From a virus, in IMG/VR virus record IMGVR_UViG_3300045988_080466: DNA of 64,000 bases; one strand, written 5' to 3'. The notes under the pieces were generated by a model that did not search any database, was not told where the DNA came from, and worked only from the letters and a program-made list of their open reading frames with translations. Within the stretch, counting starts at the first letter, position 1. Every line of letters begins with the position of its first letter. Position numbers and translations under genes: made by a program. Of this stretch, positions 35,863 to 44,694 are shown piece after piece.

Positions 35863-38800
35863 TATTACTGGTATTGGTAATGCCAATGCCATAGGATTTA
35901 AGTCTAGAGTTACAGGTGGGGCATACTTCCCACCTGAACTTAAAGACGCTCTTGTAGGGGTGTGGTCAGCCTACGGTAAATCGAATGATAGTACTGACCG
36001 TAACATTATCAAGAATAAAATAAAAGATAAAGGCGGAGACTTTGAGCTGCTAAACTTTAACTACAAAGAAGGAAGTGGATATGGTAAGTATGGGACTGAT
36101 TTTCTAAATTGGAATGTTGAAACTTCATCAGTTACTGCATCTTCAAATAAGATAGAAGTCATTAAAGAAAGTAATATGTACAAGATGTACCGTTATTCAA
36201 GTATGACTAAAAATCTTCCCTCCTTTAAGGTAAAAATATCTAATCTGCAAAAAGGATATATAAGATACTATTATCGCAAGCAAACCGGAATCGAAGCATA
36301 TATTGATTTCCACCAAAATGGAATATATGAATTACCCGCATCCTATAAAGTAGATGAAGGAGGAACAGGAACAAATGGAGGATTTAACTCAAACGCAGCC
36401 GTCCTAAATGTGGGGGTGACTATTGAACAAATCCCAGAGTTTAAAGGAGCTGTTGTTACTGACGGAATTGATGATTTAATTATTTCCACAAAAACTGCGA
36501 CAGAGATGGGCATTACTAATGAGGTCACAGTGGTTAGTATGATTCACCAAATAGGAGGTATTAATTCTTCAGCTGTAAATTATGGTTACACTAATTATTT
36601 TAGAGGCATAAATCATAGTACATTAAGAAACAATGCAACAGGATTAAATAAAACTGGTATCTATGGTTATTCTGCAACTAATTATACTCCTACTATAATC
36701 AATAATATATTAGGGGACAAGAATGATTATACAACCAACAGTGCCGGATTTTCACAATCAACGTATAATAATGTTTTTAGTGTAGAAGGATATAAAGTAT
36801 CTAGTATGATTGCCGAAACTAGTCAAGTTGCTTGGTACTGGACATTTATAGCTAACAAAGTTCTTACAGAGGATGAAATTAATCTTGTTATCGAGAAATA
36901 TAACCTTGATAGACCTGGGGAAATAGTTACACCTCAAGTTTATTACAACATAAAGAAACAGAAGATTTCTAATGATAATCACTCTGCATTTGATGATAAA
37001 CTAATTGACTATTCTGGAAATGGTTATGATGCTAAGTTGTATAACTTTGGCTGGAAAGAAGATAGTGGAATTGGGAAATATGAAACTGATTTTACTGATT
37101 GGAAAAAGAGTTTTAAAGTAACATCTTTTGATAGTGAATCTATTAAGTTTACTAGCGATGTTTCTTGGGTATTACTGTATCATCCATCTAGTATTGGAGA
37201 AGATATTCCCTCTTTCAAAGTTCGTATAAAACTTTATGGAAAAGGCACTTTATATTATAACTATATAACTCAAGAAGGGAAATACACTAATGTAGCTGTA
37301 AAATCAGAGATTTTTGAAACACCGATTTGTTATAACACAAAATATACAGGTGAAAAGGGAGTAAACGTTGGATTTACTCTTGGCGTTATCTCTGGTGAAT
37401 GTAGTGGTACTATTACACAAATTCCAGAGTATGAAAATGCATTAGTATTAGATGGTGTAGACGATTATGGAAAAGTAACAGGACTTCCTATTTTAAAGGA
37501 TTATACCTTTTTGGTAGATAGACAAATAATAAATATTGGCGATGTGCAAAGAATAGTTGCTTCTAAATCTGAAAGTGCAACGGATACAGCTAAGCAAGGA
37601 GCATTTCTATTTGAATATTTAAGTAAAAATTCCATTAGTACTTGGAGCTATTATGAAAATAATCCTCTAGTAGCTAATGCTGACTTTAATAGGGATATAA
37701 GCTATCAATCAAAATATATTTACAATGGTAAAGAATTAACAATTGGAGGAGCTGGAGATAGTGATAAATTATGGCTAGGAACAATTCGAGATAATGATTC
37801 TCGTTTCTTTAATGGAGCTATTTATCTTCTTATGCTATTCCCTTACTCTATGAGTGAGTTCTTAATAGAAAGACAAATAGAGAAAGTAAAAGGAGGAACA
37901 TTATATCCTAATCAAGTTGAGTTTAGACCTATAATTCCAGAGGATGAAAACATTACTAAAATTGATTATTTTGTTGTTAATTCTGGTACATGGACAGTAA
38001 TTAAACCTGGAGACTATGTAGACGTAGGAGCTAGGATTGTTCTTAATGTATATACAAAACTTCCTTATAAAATAGCGGGAGCATCTTCAACAGCTTTTAC
38101 TGGTATGACTGTCGGACCTTCAACAGCATTAAATATATGGGATGTTAAGGGTTATATAAAGGATAAGACTCCACAGAAAATCAAATTGACTCTTGCAGTT
38201 AATGAAGATATTGTTCAATGGAATCCTACAATTTCAGCTAATATTCCAGACTCTTACGATGCAGTAACAGAATGGTTTGCCAATGGTTGGGAGACTAAGA
38301 TTGCTGTAGGTGATTGGATTAAAAAGTCTGATAGAATATTCTTTAAATTAAAACTTAAAGAACCTCTACATGAAATAGGTAAAGTTACATTTGGTGGTTC
38401 TGAATGTCAGGCTACTAAAGCAAGTAATTGGTCAGAATCTAATAATCTATGGGAGATTGTAACATATTCTTCTGTTGGAGATTTATCGCAAGTATTTAAT
38501 GTACAAGTAGACGAGTACATCAGATACGAGGACATTGTACAGCCTTATCCAATTCTATTGAGATTCAATGATGAAAACGGTAATGGAGTATCTTGGGGAG
38601 GAAAGTTCAGAGTTGGTTCTACTATTACTAGAATAGGTAGTATTGCTGACCCTGAAAGCAATCTATTAAATGGTTTATATTCTATTTCAGGATTGTCTTT
38701 AAATGGTAAAGCTGTTACTAGTAGTACTAGTATCGTTGAAAAGCAAATGGTATTTAAAACTACTGCAACTTATCTTTTTGATAATAATGAACCTAAATGT

Positions 38801-41800
38801 ATTCTTTCTCCTAGACTATTGAGAATACCTAACTCTAGTTACAAGATTCTAAGACACATTCCCGATATATCCGGTCATGGTAATCATGGAGTTATTCATA
38901 ACTCGGCTTATGCAGGAATGAGTGGAGCGAATGGATATGGAACTAATCTAGGTAATTGGAGTATTAATAGTGCTAATACTGGTAAGATAATAACTCAAAG
39001 AGAAGAATATTTAGAATATGAAGTATTAAGTGCAGATAAGAATATATTATTTTATAATACAAAAATAAAAAATGATACATTTGTAATATATACTAGTGTT
39101 AGTACTAATATTGTATATTCAAAAGAATCTGATATTATTGCTAATATTCCTGCTAATACTCCTACTAAAGTAGTTTGTCCTAAAATTGGTACTATTCTGT
39201 TAAAAACAAATGAAACACCTACTGTTGGAAATATAATTACTGTTAAACAAGATGGAATATATGAAGGAGCATACTGTTTCGATGGCGTAGATGACTTTGT
39301 TATTATTCCTACTACGGTCGGTGGTAAGCAGGTGTTGATGAAGGTGAATTGGCAAAGTGATGTGGGAGCTGTGACACTATACGACCAAAGGCTTAATCTA
39401 TCTGATTATGAATTTGCTATCTATAACGGTAATAGAGACCTTGATGACAATCCTATTATGGCTTATCAGGGAAGAAACAATGGGCAAACATACATTGATG
39501 GAATCTTGAATAGTAATATTAAGGCTTCGGAATTGAAGGCTATTACTCATAATATAACTATTACAAATGAGTTAAGTTTGGGAACAAATAATACCTATCC
39601 TGTTATTGGTTCAACTAGGTCGAATACTCACTTCGCTCAAATGTCTCTCTATGACTTCATGCTCTTCGATGAAATCTCAACAGAAGCTAAGATTAAAGAG
39701 CTGAACGAGTATGTAGGAATAGAAGGAAATGTATTCGAGTTTAATCCTACGTTTACAATAGACCTTCCTATGGCAATTAAGTCTATAAAGGTATATCAAG
39801 GAGGAAATGAAATAAGTCCAGGTTATCTATATCCTAATAAAGATACTGAGTTTGAAGTATATGTATCGCTTAATGATGGTAAATATGCTGTTGATACTAT
39901 TACAGTAGACGGTGTAGAAATCACTAAGGATAGAGTAGTTGGAGAATATAACATATTTAAGTTTACTCTTAATGGTTCTTCTGAACAGAAGATTACAATC
40001 CATTCCTATGAATATATAATGTATGAGGATATTATACAGCCGTATCCAAGTTTTGTTAAGTTAGAAAATCTAGATAGAACTCATACTTATACTTGGGGAG
40101 ATAAACTAAGAATAGGAGATACTATTAGGTATAATTCTTCTAAAAATTTACTGGAGGGAGCTTATACTTTAAGGGGTCAACTAGAGTGTAACGGTGTATA
40201 TGTATTCGATAATAACCAACAAATCGTTGTTACTAAGGAGATGGTATTTGCTTGGTCACATAGTCCCGTTTGGACTATTGGGAACAGTGCTCCTAAATGT
40301 GTATTCTCTCCAAGTAAGTTAAGGATTCCAAATTCTAGCTACAAGTACTTAGGTTATATACCTGATATTTCTGGAAATGGAAACAATGGAACATTTACTA
40401 ACTTTGCTTTCTCTGGTATGTCTGGAGCTAACGGATATCTAGAAGATTTTACTATCATGAAAGACCATGGTACTAGTGGCATAGTTCGCACCGAGAGTAA
40501 GATATATCTTAATGAGTCGTTTAATTATAAAGAGGGATTTTGGCTAGGATATACAAACAATCCTTCCCCTGCTTATAAAGTTAAAGTATCTGGAATACCC
40601 GAAACTGGTATGCTTACATATACAGGAGGTATTTGGTTAAATCTAGTAAATGGAATAAACGAATTGCCTGCAAGAACAAATACTGCAGAAAATCACGGTT
40701 TTGTGGTTCAATCTCCAGGCCTAGACTGGTCAAAATTAGTTATTGAACAAATAGGAAACTATGAAGGTTCTATATGTTTTGACGGAATTGATGATTATGT
40801 AGATATTCCTTCCTTATCAATAGGAGGAAAGCAGGTATTAATGAAGACAAACTGGTTAAAATCTCCTACGTTATTGTATGACCAGAGAGCGTCGGGAAGC
40901 TTTGCTATTCTTACAACTAAGGAGGATGACGCAACTAATCCAAGAATAGCGTACCAAGCACGTAATCAAGATGGCAAGACTTACATAGATGGGATAGAGA
41001 ATAATTATATTGAAACTTACTCTCTAAAAGGTATAACACATAATATTACAGTGACAAACCCTTCGGCAGGAAGTGGAGTAGTACCTGTAATAGGTGCCAA
41101 TACTGGTAAGTCAAGCGGTTTTGCCAAAATGGCTCTTTATGATTTCATGTTGTTTGACGAGGTAAGTACTAACGAAGAAATAAAGCAACTCAATGATATA
41201 GTAGGAATTGAGGGAAATTATGTACAAAGACCTCCTTACTATTGGGACGCTTATGGCAAGACTAACTCTGATGAAGATAGGAGTACTATTCAACAAAGAG
41301 GAACAGCAGTAGGAGACTATGATTTAACTAATCATAATCATGCTTACGATAAAATGTCAGGTTATGGAGGTTATAATTTAGGTAGATTTGATAAGTCTTG
41401 GGCTAGTTCTAGTTCTTCTAATACTAGTATTAAAGTTGTTCAACGAAATCCTTATGATATTACTTTAAAGAAGTTAGGAGGAAATAGTGATTGGGAATTT
41501 AATAACACAGAATTAAAAATTATATCTAATCCTGTATCTGTTAAATTTAAATCTGATAAAAATATAAGATTTACGTGCGATTATCATTATTATCCTGTTG
41601 GAGAAAATAGTGAAGGTATTCCTTTAAGAATAACTTCTAAAGACTTAATTGCTAATGAAGATACCATTATCACAATTTCACCAATTAGTCAAGAGAATAT
41701 AGATAAATATAATATTGATGTAAATAGAGGATACTATCTTATTTATTTTCAATTATCATCTACTCTTGCAGTTAACGAAGAAGTAACTATCGAAATGCTT

Positions 41801-42334
41801 CCTCTTTATCCTAATGCTTTATTATATGATGGAGTAGATGATTATTCAGAAAACACTAGTATTCCGGCATTTACTGATTATACTTATATCATTAAGTATG
41901 AGGATTTTAATAATCCAAATACTGGAAGTTGTATTCAAAGAAAAGGCAGCATTAAGGCAGGTGGAGGAGCATTTGTTCAAGACCATATCTATAGAGGTAC
42001 AAAATATCAATATAATTTTGGAATTAGTAGCAATATTCATAAAGATGATTCCATCGCATTTTGTACTAGAACAAATTATAATGGCACTGCAATTCCGTCT
42101 GGAAACAATACTGATGATACAGGTTTTACTATCGGAAAATTCGATGGATATCGTAAAATGGTATTTTATAAAGAAATGTTGTATCCTAGGACCGTTAATA
42201 TGCTAACCATTAATATGATAAAGAATATGATGGCGGAAGATGGAATAATAGATATACAAGGTAAATTATTTACTGATAAATTTACAGGAGATTTTAATTT
42301 AGACTTTAATAAAGACTTTTTAATAGGTAACTAA
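35852..42334 (+). CDS. giant (2160 aa) tail fibre with five LamG/ConA-like modules and a ~400-aa internal duplication
   Basis: Five occurrences of the module anchor DG(I/V)DD (DGIDDLII, DGVDDYGKV, DGVDDFVII, DGIDDYVDI, DGVDDYSEN). Module-end motif (S/A)LYDFMLFDE(I/V)ST..(I/K)K(E/Q)LN..VGIEGN occurs twice. Confidence 0.7.
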   Translation: MGTNITGIGNANAIGFKSRVTGGAYFPPELKDALVGVWSAYGKSNDSTDRNIIKNKIKDKGGDFELLNFNYKEGSGYGKYGTDFLNWNVETSSVTASSNKIEVIKESNMYKMYRYSSMTKNLPSFKVKISNLQKGYIRYYYRKQTGIEAYIDFHQNGIYELPASYKVDEGGTGTNGGFNSNAAVLNVGVTIEQIPEFKGAVVTDGIDDLIISTKTATEMGITNEVTVVSMIHQIGGINSSAVNYGYTNYFRGINHSTLRNNATGLNKTGIYGYSATNYTPTIINNILGDKNDYTTNSAGFSQSTYNNVFSVEGYKVSSMIAETSQVAWYWTFIANKVLTEDEINLVIEKYNLDRPGEIVTPQVYYNIKKQKISNDNHSAFDDKLIDYSGNGYDAKLYNFGWKEDSGIGKYETDFTDWKKSFKVTSFDSESIKFTSDVSWVLLYHPSSIGEDIPSFKVRIKLYGKGTLYYNYITQEGKYTNVAVKSEIFETPICYNTKYTGEKGVNVGFTLGVISGECSGTITQIPEYENALVLDGVDDYGKVTGLPILKDYTFLVDRQIINIGDVQRIVASKSESATDTAKQGAFLFEYLSKNSISTWSYYENNPLVANADFNRDISYQSKYIYNGKELTIGGAGDSDKLWLGTIRDNDSRFFNGAIYLLMLFPYSMSEFLIERQIEKVKGGTLYPNQVEFRPIIPEDENITKIDYFVVNSGTWTVIKPGDYVDVGARIVLNVYTKLPYKIAGASSTAFTGMTVGPSTALNIWDVKGYIKDKTPQKIKLTLAVNEDIVQWNPTISANIPDSYDAVTEWFANGWETKIAVGDWIKKSDRIFFKLKLKEPLHEIGKVTFGGSECQATKASNWSESNNLWEIVTYSSVGDLSQVFNVQVDEYIRYEDIVQPYPILLRFNDENGNGVSWGGKFRVGSTITRIGSIADPESNLLNGLYSISGLSLNGKAVTSSTSIVEKQMVFKTTATYLFDNNEPKCILSPRLLRIPNSSYKILRHIPDISGHGNHGVIHNSAYAGMSGANGYGTNLGNWSINSANTGKIITQREEYLEYEVLSADKNILFYNTKIKNDTFVIYTSVSTNIVYSKESDIIANIPANTPTKVVCPKIGTILLKTNETPTVGNIITVKQDGIYEGAYCFDGVDDFVIIPTTVGGKQVLMKVNWQSDVGAVTLYDQRLNLSDYEFAIYNGNRDLDDNPIMAYQGRNNGQTYIDGILNSNIKASELKAITHNITITNELSLGTNNTYPVIGSTRSNTHFAQMSLYDFMLFDEISTEAKIKELNEYVGIEGNVFEFNPTFTIDLPMAIKSIKVYQGGNEISPGYLYPNKDTEFEVYVSLNDGKYAVDTITVDGVEITKDRVVGEYNIFKFTLNGSSEQKITIHSYEYIMYEDIIQPYPSFVKLENLDRTHTYTWGDKLRIGDTIRYNSSKNLLEGAYTLRGQLECNGVYVFDNNQQIVVTKEMVFAWSHSPVWTIGNSAPKCVFSPSKLRIPNSSYKYLGYIPDISGNGNNGTFTNFAFSGMSGANGYLEDFTIMKDHGTSGIVRTESKIYLNESFNYKEGFWLGYTNNPSPAYKVKVSGIPETGMLTYTGGIWLNLVNGINELPARTNTAENHGFVVQSPGLDWSKLVIEQIGNYEGSICFDGIDDYVDIPSLSIGGKQVLMKTNWLKSPTLLYDQRASGSFAILTTKEDDATNPRIAYQARNQDGKTYIDGIENNYIETYSLKGITHNITVTNPSAGSGVVPVIGANTGKSSGFAKMALYDFMLFDEVSTNEEIKQLNDIVGIEGNYVQRPPYYWDAYGKTNSDEDRSTIQQRGTAVGDYDLTNHNHAYDKMSGYGGYNLGRFDKSWASSSSSNTSIKVVQRNPYDITLKKLGGNSDWEFNNTELKIISNPVSVKFKSDKNIRFTCDYHYYPVGENSEGIPLRITSKDLIANEDTIITISPISQENIDKYNIDVNRGYYLIYFQLSSTLAVNEEVTIEMLPLYPNALLYDGVDDYSENTSIPAFTDYTYIIKYEDFNNPNTGSCIQRKGSIKAGGGAFVQDHIYRGTKYQYNFGISSNIHKDDSIAFCTRTNYNGTAIPSGNNTDDTGFTIGKFDGYRKMVFYKEMLYPRTVNMLTINMIKNMMAEDGIIDIQGKLFTDKFTGDFNLDFNKDFLIGN
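38516..39730 (+). repeat. intragenic duplicated module, copy A
   Basis: YIRYEDIVQPYP ... PKCILSPRLLRIPNSSYKILRHIPDISGHGNHG ... CFDGVDDFVIIPTTVGGKQVLMKVNW ... LYDFMLFDEISTEAKIKELNEYVGIEGN. Confidence 0.75.
40013..41218 (+). repeat. intragenic duplicated module, copy B
   Basis: YIMYEDIIQPYP ... PKCVFSPSKLRIPNSSYKYLGYIPDISGNGNNG ... CFDGIDDYVDIPSLSIGGKQVLMKTNW ... LYDFMLFDEVSTNEEIKQLNDIVGIEGN. Collinear with copy A at a 1497-nt period. Confidence 0.75.
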
Positions 42335-42336
42335 CA

Positions 42337-44364
42337 ATGGCAAATTGGAGTAATTTAAAAACAGCAATATCAAATGTTGTTAAAAGTAACGGAATCCAAG
42401 GGATTACCGGAGATTCACTACAATCTGTAATGTTAAATATGGTTACAAAACTAGGAGAGAATTATATGTTTGCAGGGGTAGCTACCCCTGCTACAACTCC
42501 TGGGACTCCAGATGGTAATGTATTCTATATTACTACACAAGCTGGAACTTATGCCAACTTTAATAATACAGTAGTGGCAGATGGAGAACTAGCAATTCTT
42601 ATGTGGAATGGTGCTTGGACAAAACAGAGTATGGCAATAGCCACTCAAGCAAAGATGGAAGAAATTGACCAACATGTAACGGAAGTTGATGCTAAACTTA
42701 ATGAAATGCAAAAAGGTATGGAAGATGTATATGCCTATGGAGTCGAATGGGATTCTACTGTGGCAGACCCTACTCTCACAAGAATTGGGAATCTTACTCT
42801 TCATAAATCGTTACCTATTCAGTCTCAATTAAAAGGCTGCGTAGCTAACGGAGGAGTAATCAATTATTATCTTCATCCAGATGATTGGTCAAAGAAAGAA
42901 GATGGCACACCATCAGTATTAGATGGAACTGACGGAACTGTCAGAGTTAAAGTACCTCGATTCTGGGGAAAATCTGGAGTTGTAGGAACAAAAAGATGGG
43001 TTAAGATTTCTACTGTATGTATTGATGATACTTGGACAGAGATTCCAGCAATGTTAATAGATGCATATAGGTCTACAACAGATAACACTGTAACAGCAAC
43101 ACCTAAGTTGGTATCAGTTGTGAATACTACTGCTGCATTTAGAGGTGGAGGAAATAGAACAGCTTATGATACTTATTTAGAAACAGACCCAGTAAGAACA
43201 GATTTAGGAAAACCAAGAACAGCAATGACTAGAGCAGTTGCACGTACTTGGGCAACAAACGCGGGTTCAGAACTACTGAACTACGAATACTACAAATGGA
43301 TAATGTTTTGGTTACCTGTGATTGAGTACGCTACATTTAATATGCAAGCTAACTTCAATTCAGATTTAACTTCCGAAGGATTTCATCAAGGAGGATTAAG
43401 CGCAGGTGTAACAAACATGTCAAATTGGGAGTTTTACAATGGAAATTATTCAGTATGTCCTTGCGGATATGCCAATGAATTAGGAAATTTTACAGGAGCT
43501 AAGGTTATTCCTCAAGCTGATTGGGTTTATGAATCCACAGGTTTAACTAATATGGCTTCTTATTCAAGAGATACTGCTCAAGCAGATATGACAGCAGAAA
43601 CAAATAAAGTCACAATTACAAACGTTAAAGGTACTAATAGATATATGTATAGAACTTGGGGTTACCAAAATGGAGAAACCGTTTATACTATATCAGGATT
43701 AGCAGAGGGACAAGATGTAATATTCTATGTAGGAGGTACAACAGTAGCAACAGCTACAGCCGATGGAGATATTACAGTAAATTGGCCTACAAACAATCTG
43801 GGAGATAGATGCATTAAATCATCTTTTACTGGAAGTTGTAATATTGTGATTTCTATTAAGAGTGCATCTAACGTAAATGTAACAGTTAGCCGTCCAGCTA
43901 TGAGTATTGCAAGATATAGAGGATTTGAAAATATCTTTGGAGACCTGTGGACAAATATGGAAGGCATAATTATACAAGGTTATACAGACGAAGGAACAAG
44001 CACTTATAACTGGAAAAATGTATATACAACTACTAATCCAGAAAATTATGGAGAAACAGAAACTCAAAAAGCTAAAATGAAATTAATCTCTAGTAGAGAA
44101 ATTCATGCAGATGGATATACTAAGGATTTTGACCTCCAAACAACAGGAGAAATAGTACCATGTGCTGTTGGTGGTGGAAGTACTACCTATATGTGCGACT
44201 ATCATTACACTGGTAATAAAGACGCAAGTCTAAGGACACTCTTGCTTGGCGGCCGCGCTGATTCTGGCGGTGCTTCCGGCCCTGGTTGCTTCTATTCTGG
44301 TGTTGGGGTCGGCCTTTCCAGCGCCGCTGTGGGTTTCCGTACTCTAAATAAAATTGAAAAATAA
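42337..44364 (+). CDS. DGR target protein: fibre-like receptor-binding candidate with C-terminal variable region
   Basis: 675 aa, 2 nt after the giant fibre gene. The last 42 codons contain the VR. C-terminus ...GGRADSGGASGPGCFYSGVGVGLSSAAVGFRTLNKIEK ends with the GFR typical of C-type-lectin/FGE-fold DGR targets. Confidence 0.8.
   Translation: MANWSNLKTAISNVVKSNGIQGITGDSLQSVMLNMVTKLGENYMFAGVATPATTPGTPDGNVFYITTQAGTYANFNNTVVADGELAILMWNGAWTKQSMAIATQAKMEEIDQHVTEVDAKLNEMQKGMEDVYAYGVEWDSTVADPTLTRIGNLTLHKSLPIQSQLKGCVANGGVINYYLHPDDWSKKEDGTPSVLDGTDGTVRVKVPRFWGKSGVVGTKRWVKISTVCIDDTWTEIPAMLIDAYRSTTDNTVTATPKLVSVVNTTAAFRGGGNRTAYDTYLETDPVRTDLGKPRTAMTRAVARTWATNAGSELLNYEYYKWIMFWLPVIEYATFNMQANFNSDLTSEGFHQGGLSAGVTNMSNWEFYNGNYSVCPCGYANELGNFTGAKVIPQADWVYESTGLTNMASYSRDTAQADMTAETNKVTITNVKGTNRYMYRTWGYQNGETVYTISGLAEGQDVIFYVGGTTVATATADGDITVNWPTNNLGDRCIKSSFTGSCNIVISIKSASNVNVTVSRPAMSIARYRGFENIFGDLWTNMEGIIIQGYTDEGTSTYNWKNVYTTTNPENYGETETQKAKMKLISSREIHADGYTKDFDLQTTGEIVPCAVGGGSTTYMCDYHYTGNKDASLRTLLLGGRADSGGASGPGCFYSGVGVGLSSAAVGFRTLNKIEK
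44239..44337 (+). repeat. DGR variable repeat (VR)
   Basis: 99 nt aligning without gaps to 44451-44549. There are 28 differences, all opposite template adenines. It is a local GC spike (ggcggccgcgctg...). Confidence 0.9.
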
Positions 44365-44450
44365 TTTCTCATAACATATAACAGATAGGGCACTATTTAC
44401 CTTTTTTACCGGGTTGCAAGGGCAGCGAAAGTTTACTGTGAAAAACAAAA

Positions 44451-44549
44451 CTCTTACTTAGCAGCAACGCTAATAATGGCAGTAATTCCAGCCCTAGTTA
44501 CTTCAATTCTAATAATGGAGTCAGCAATTCCAGCACCAATGTAGGTTTA
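44451..44549 (+). repeat. DGR template repeat (TR), non-coding
   Basis: Intergenic, between the target and the RT. 31 adenines, of which 28 are substituted in VR. Reads as 9 AAY codons in the target frame. The 5' boundary is uncertain (A-rich 44441-44450). Confidence 0.9.
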
Positions 44550-44694
44550 TTATATATTTTGATTTTGATAATTTTGTTTTTATTATTTTGTCTAAATAGT
44601 GTCCTTGCCTCTTGGCAAAAAATAACGTAGTATTTAATATAACTGGTGTTAGTAGGTTAATTCTCGAACACTCCTTGCATAAATATATAAGACT

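Noticed and set aside
28120-42206. Many 60-120-aa antisense or out-of-frame ORFs inside the giant fibre genes (for example 28120..28356, 32518..32830, 32947..33189, 41838..42206)
   Set aside because: They are entirely nested in long, motif-bearing + strand frames. This is the typical by-product of AT-rich coding sequence.
44239-44340. GC-rich island (contains GCGGCCGC) that could be read as a foreign insertion or a restriction-site cluster
   Set aside because: The GC excess is fully explained by substitution of template adenines in the DGR variable repeat. The non-A backbone is identical to the AT-richer template copy.
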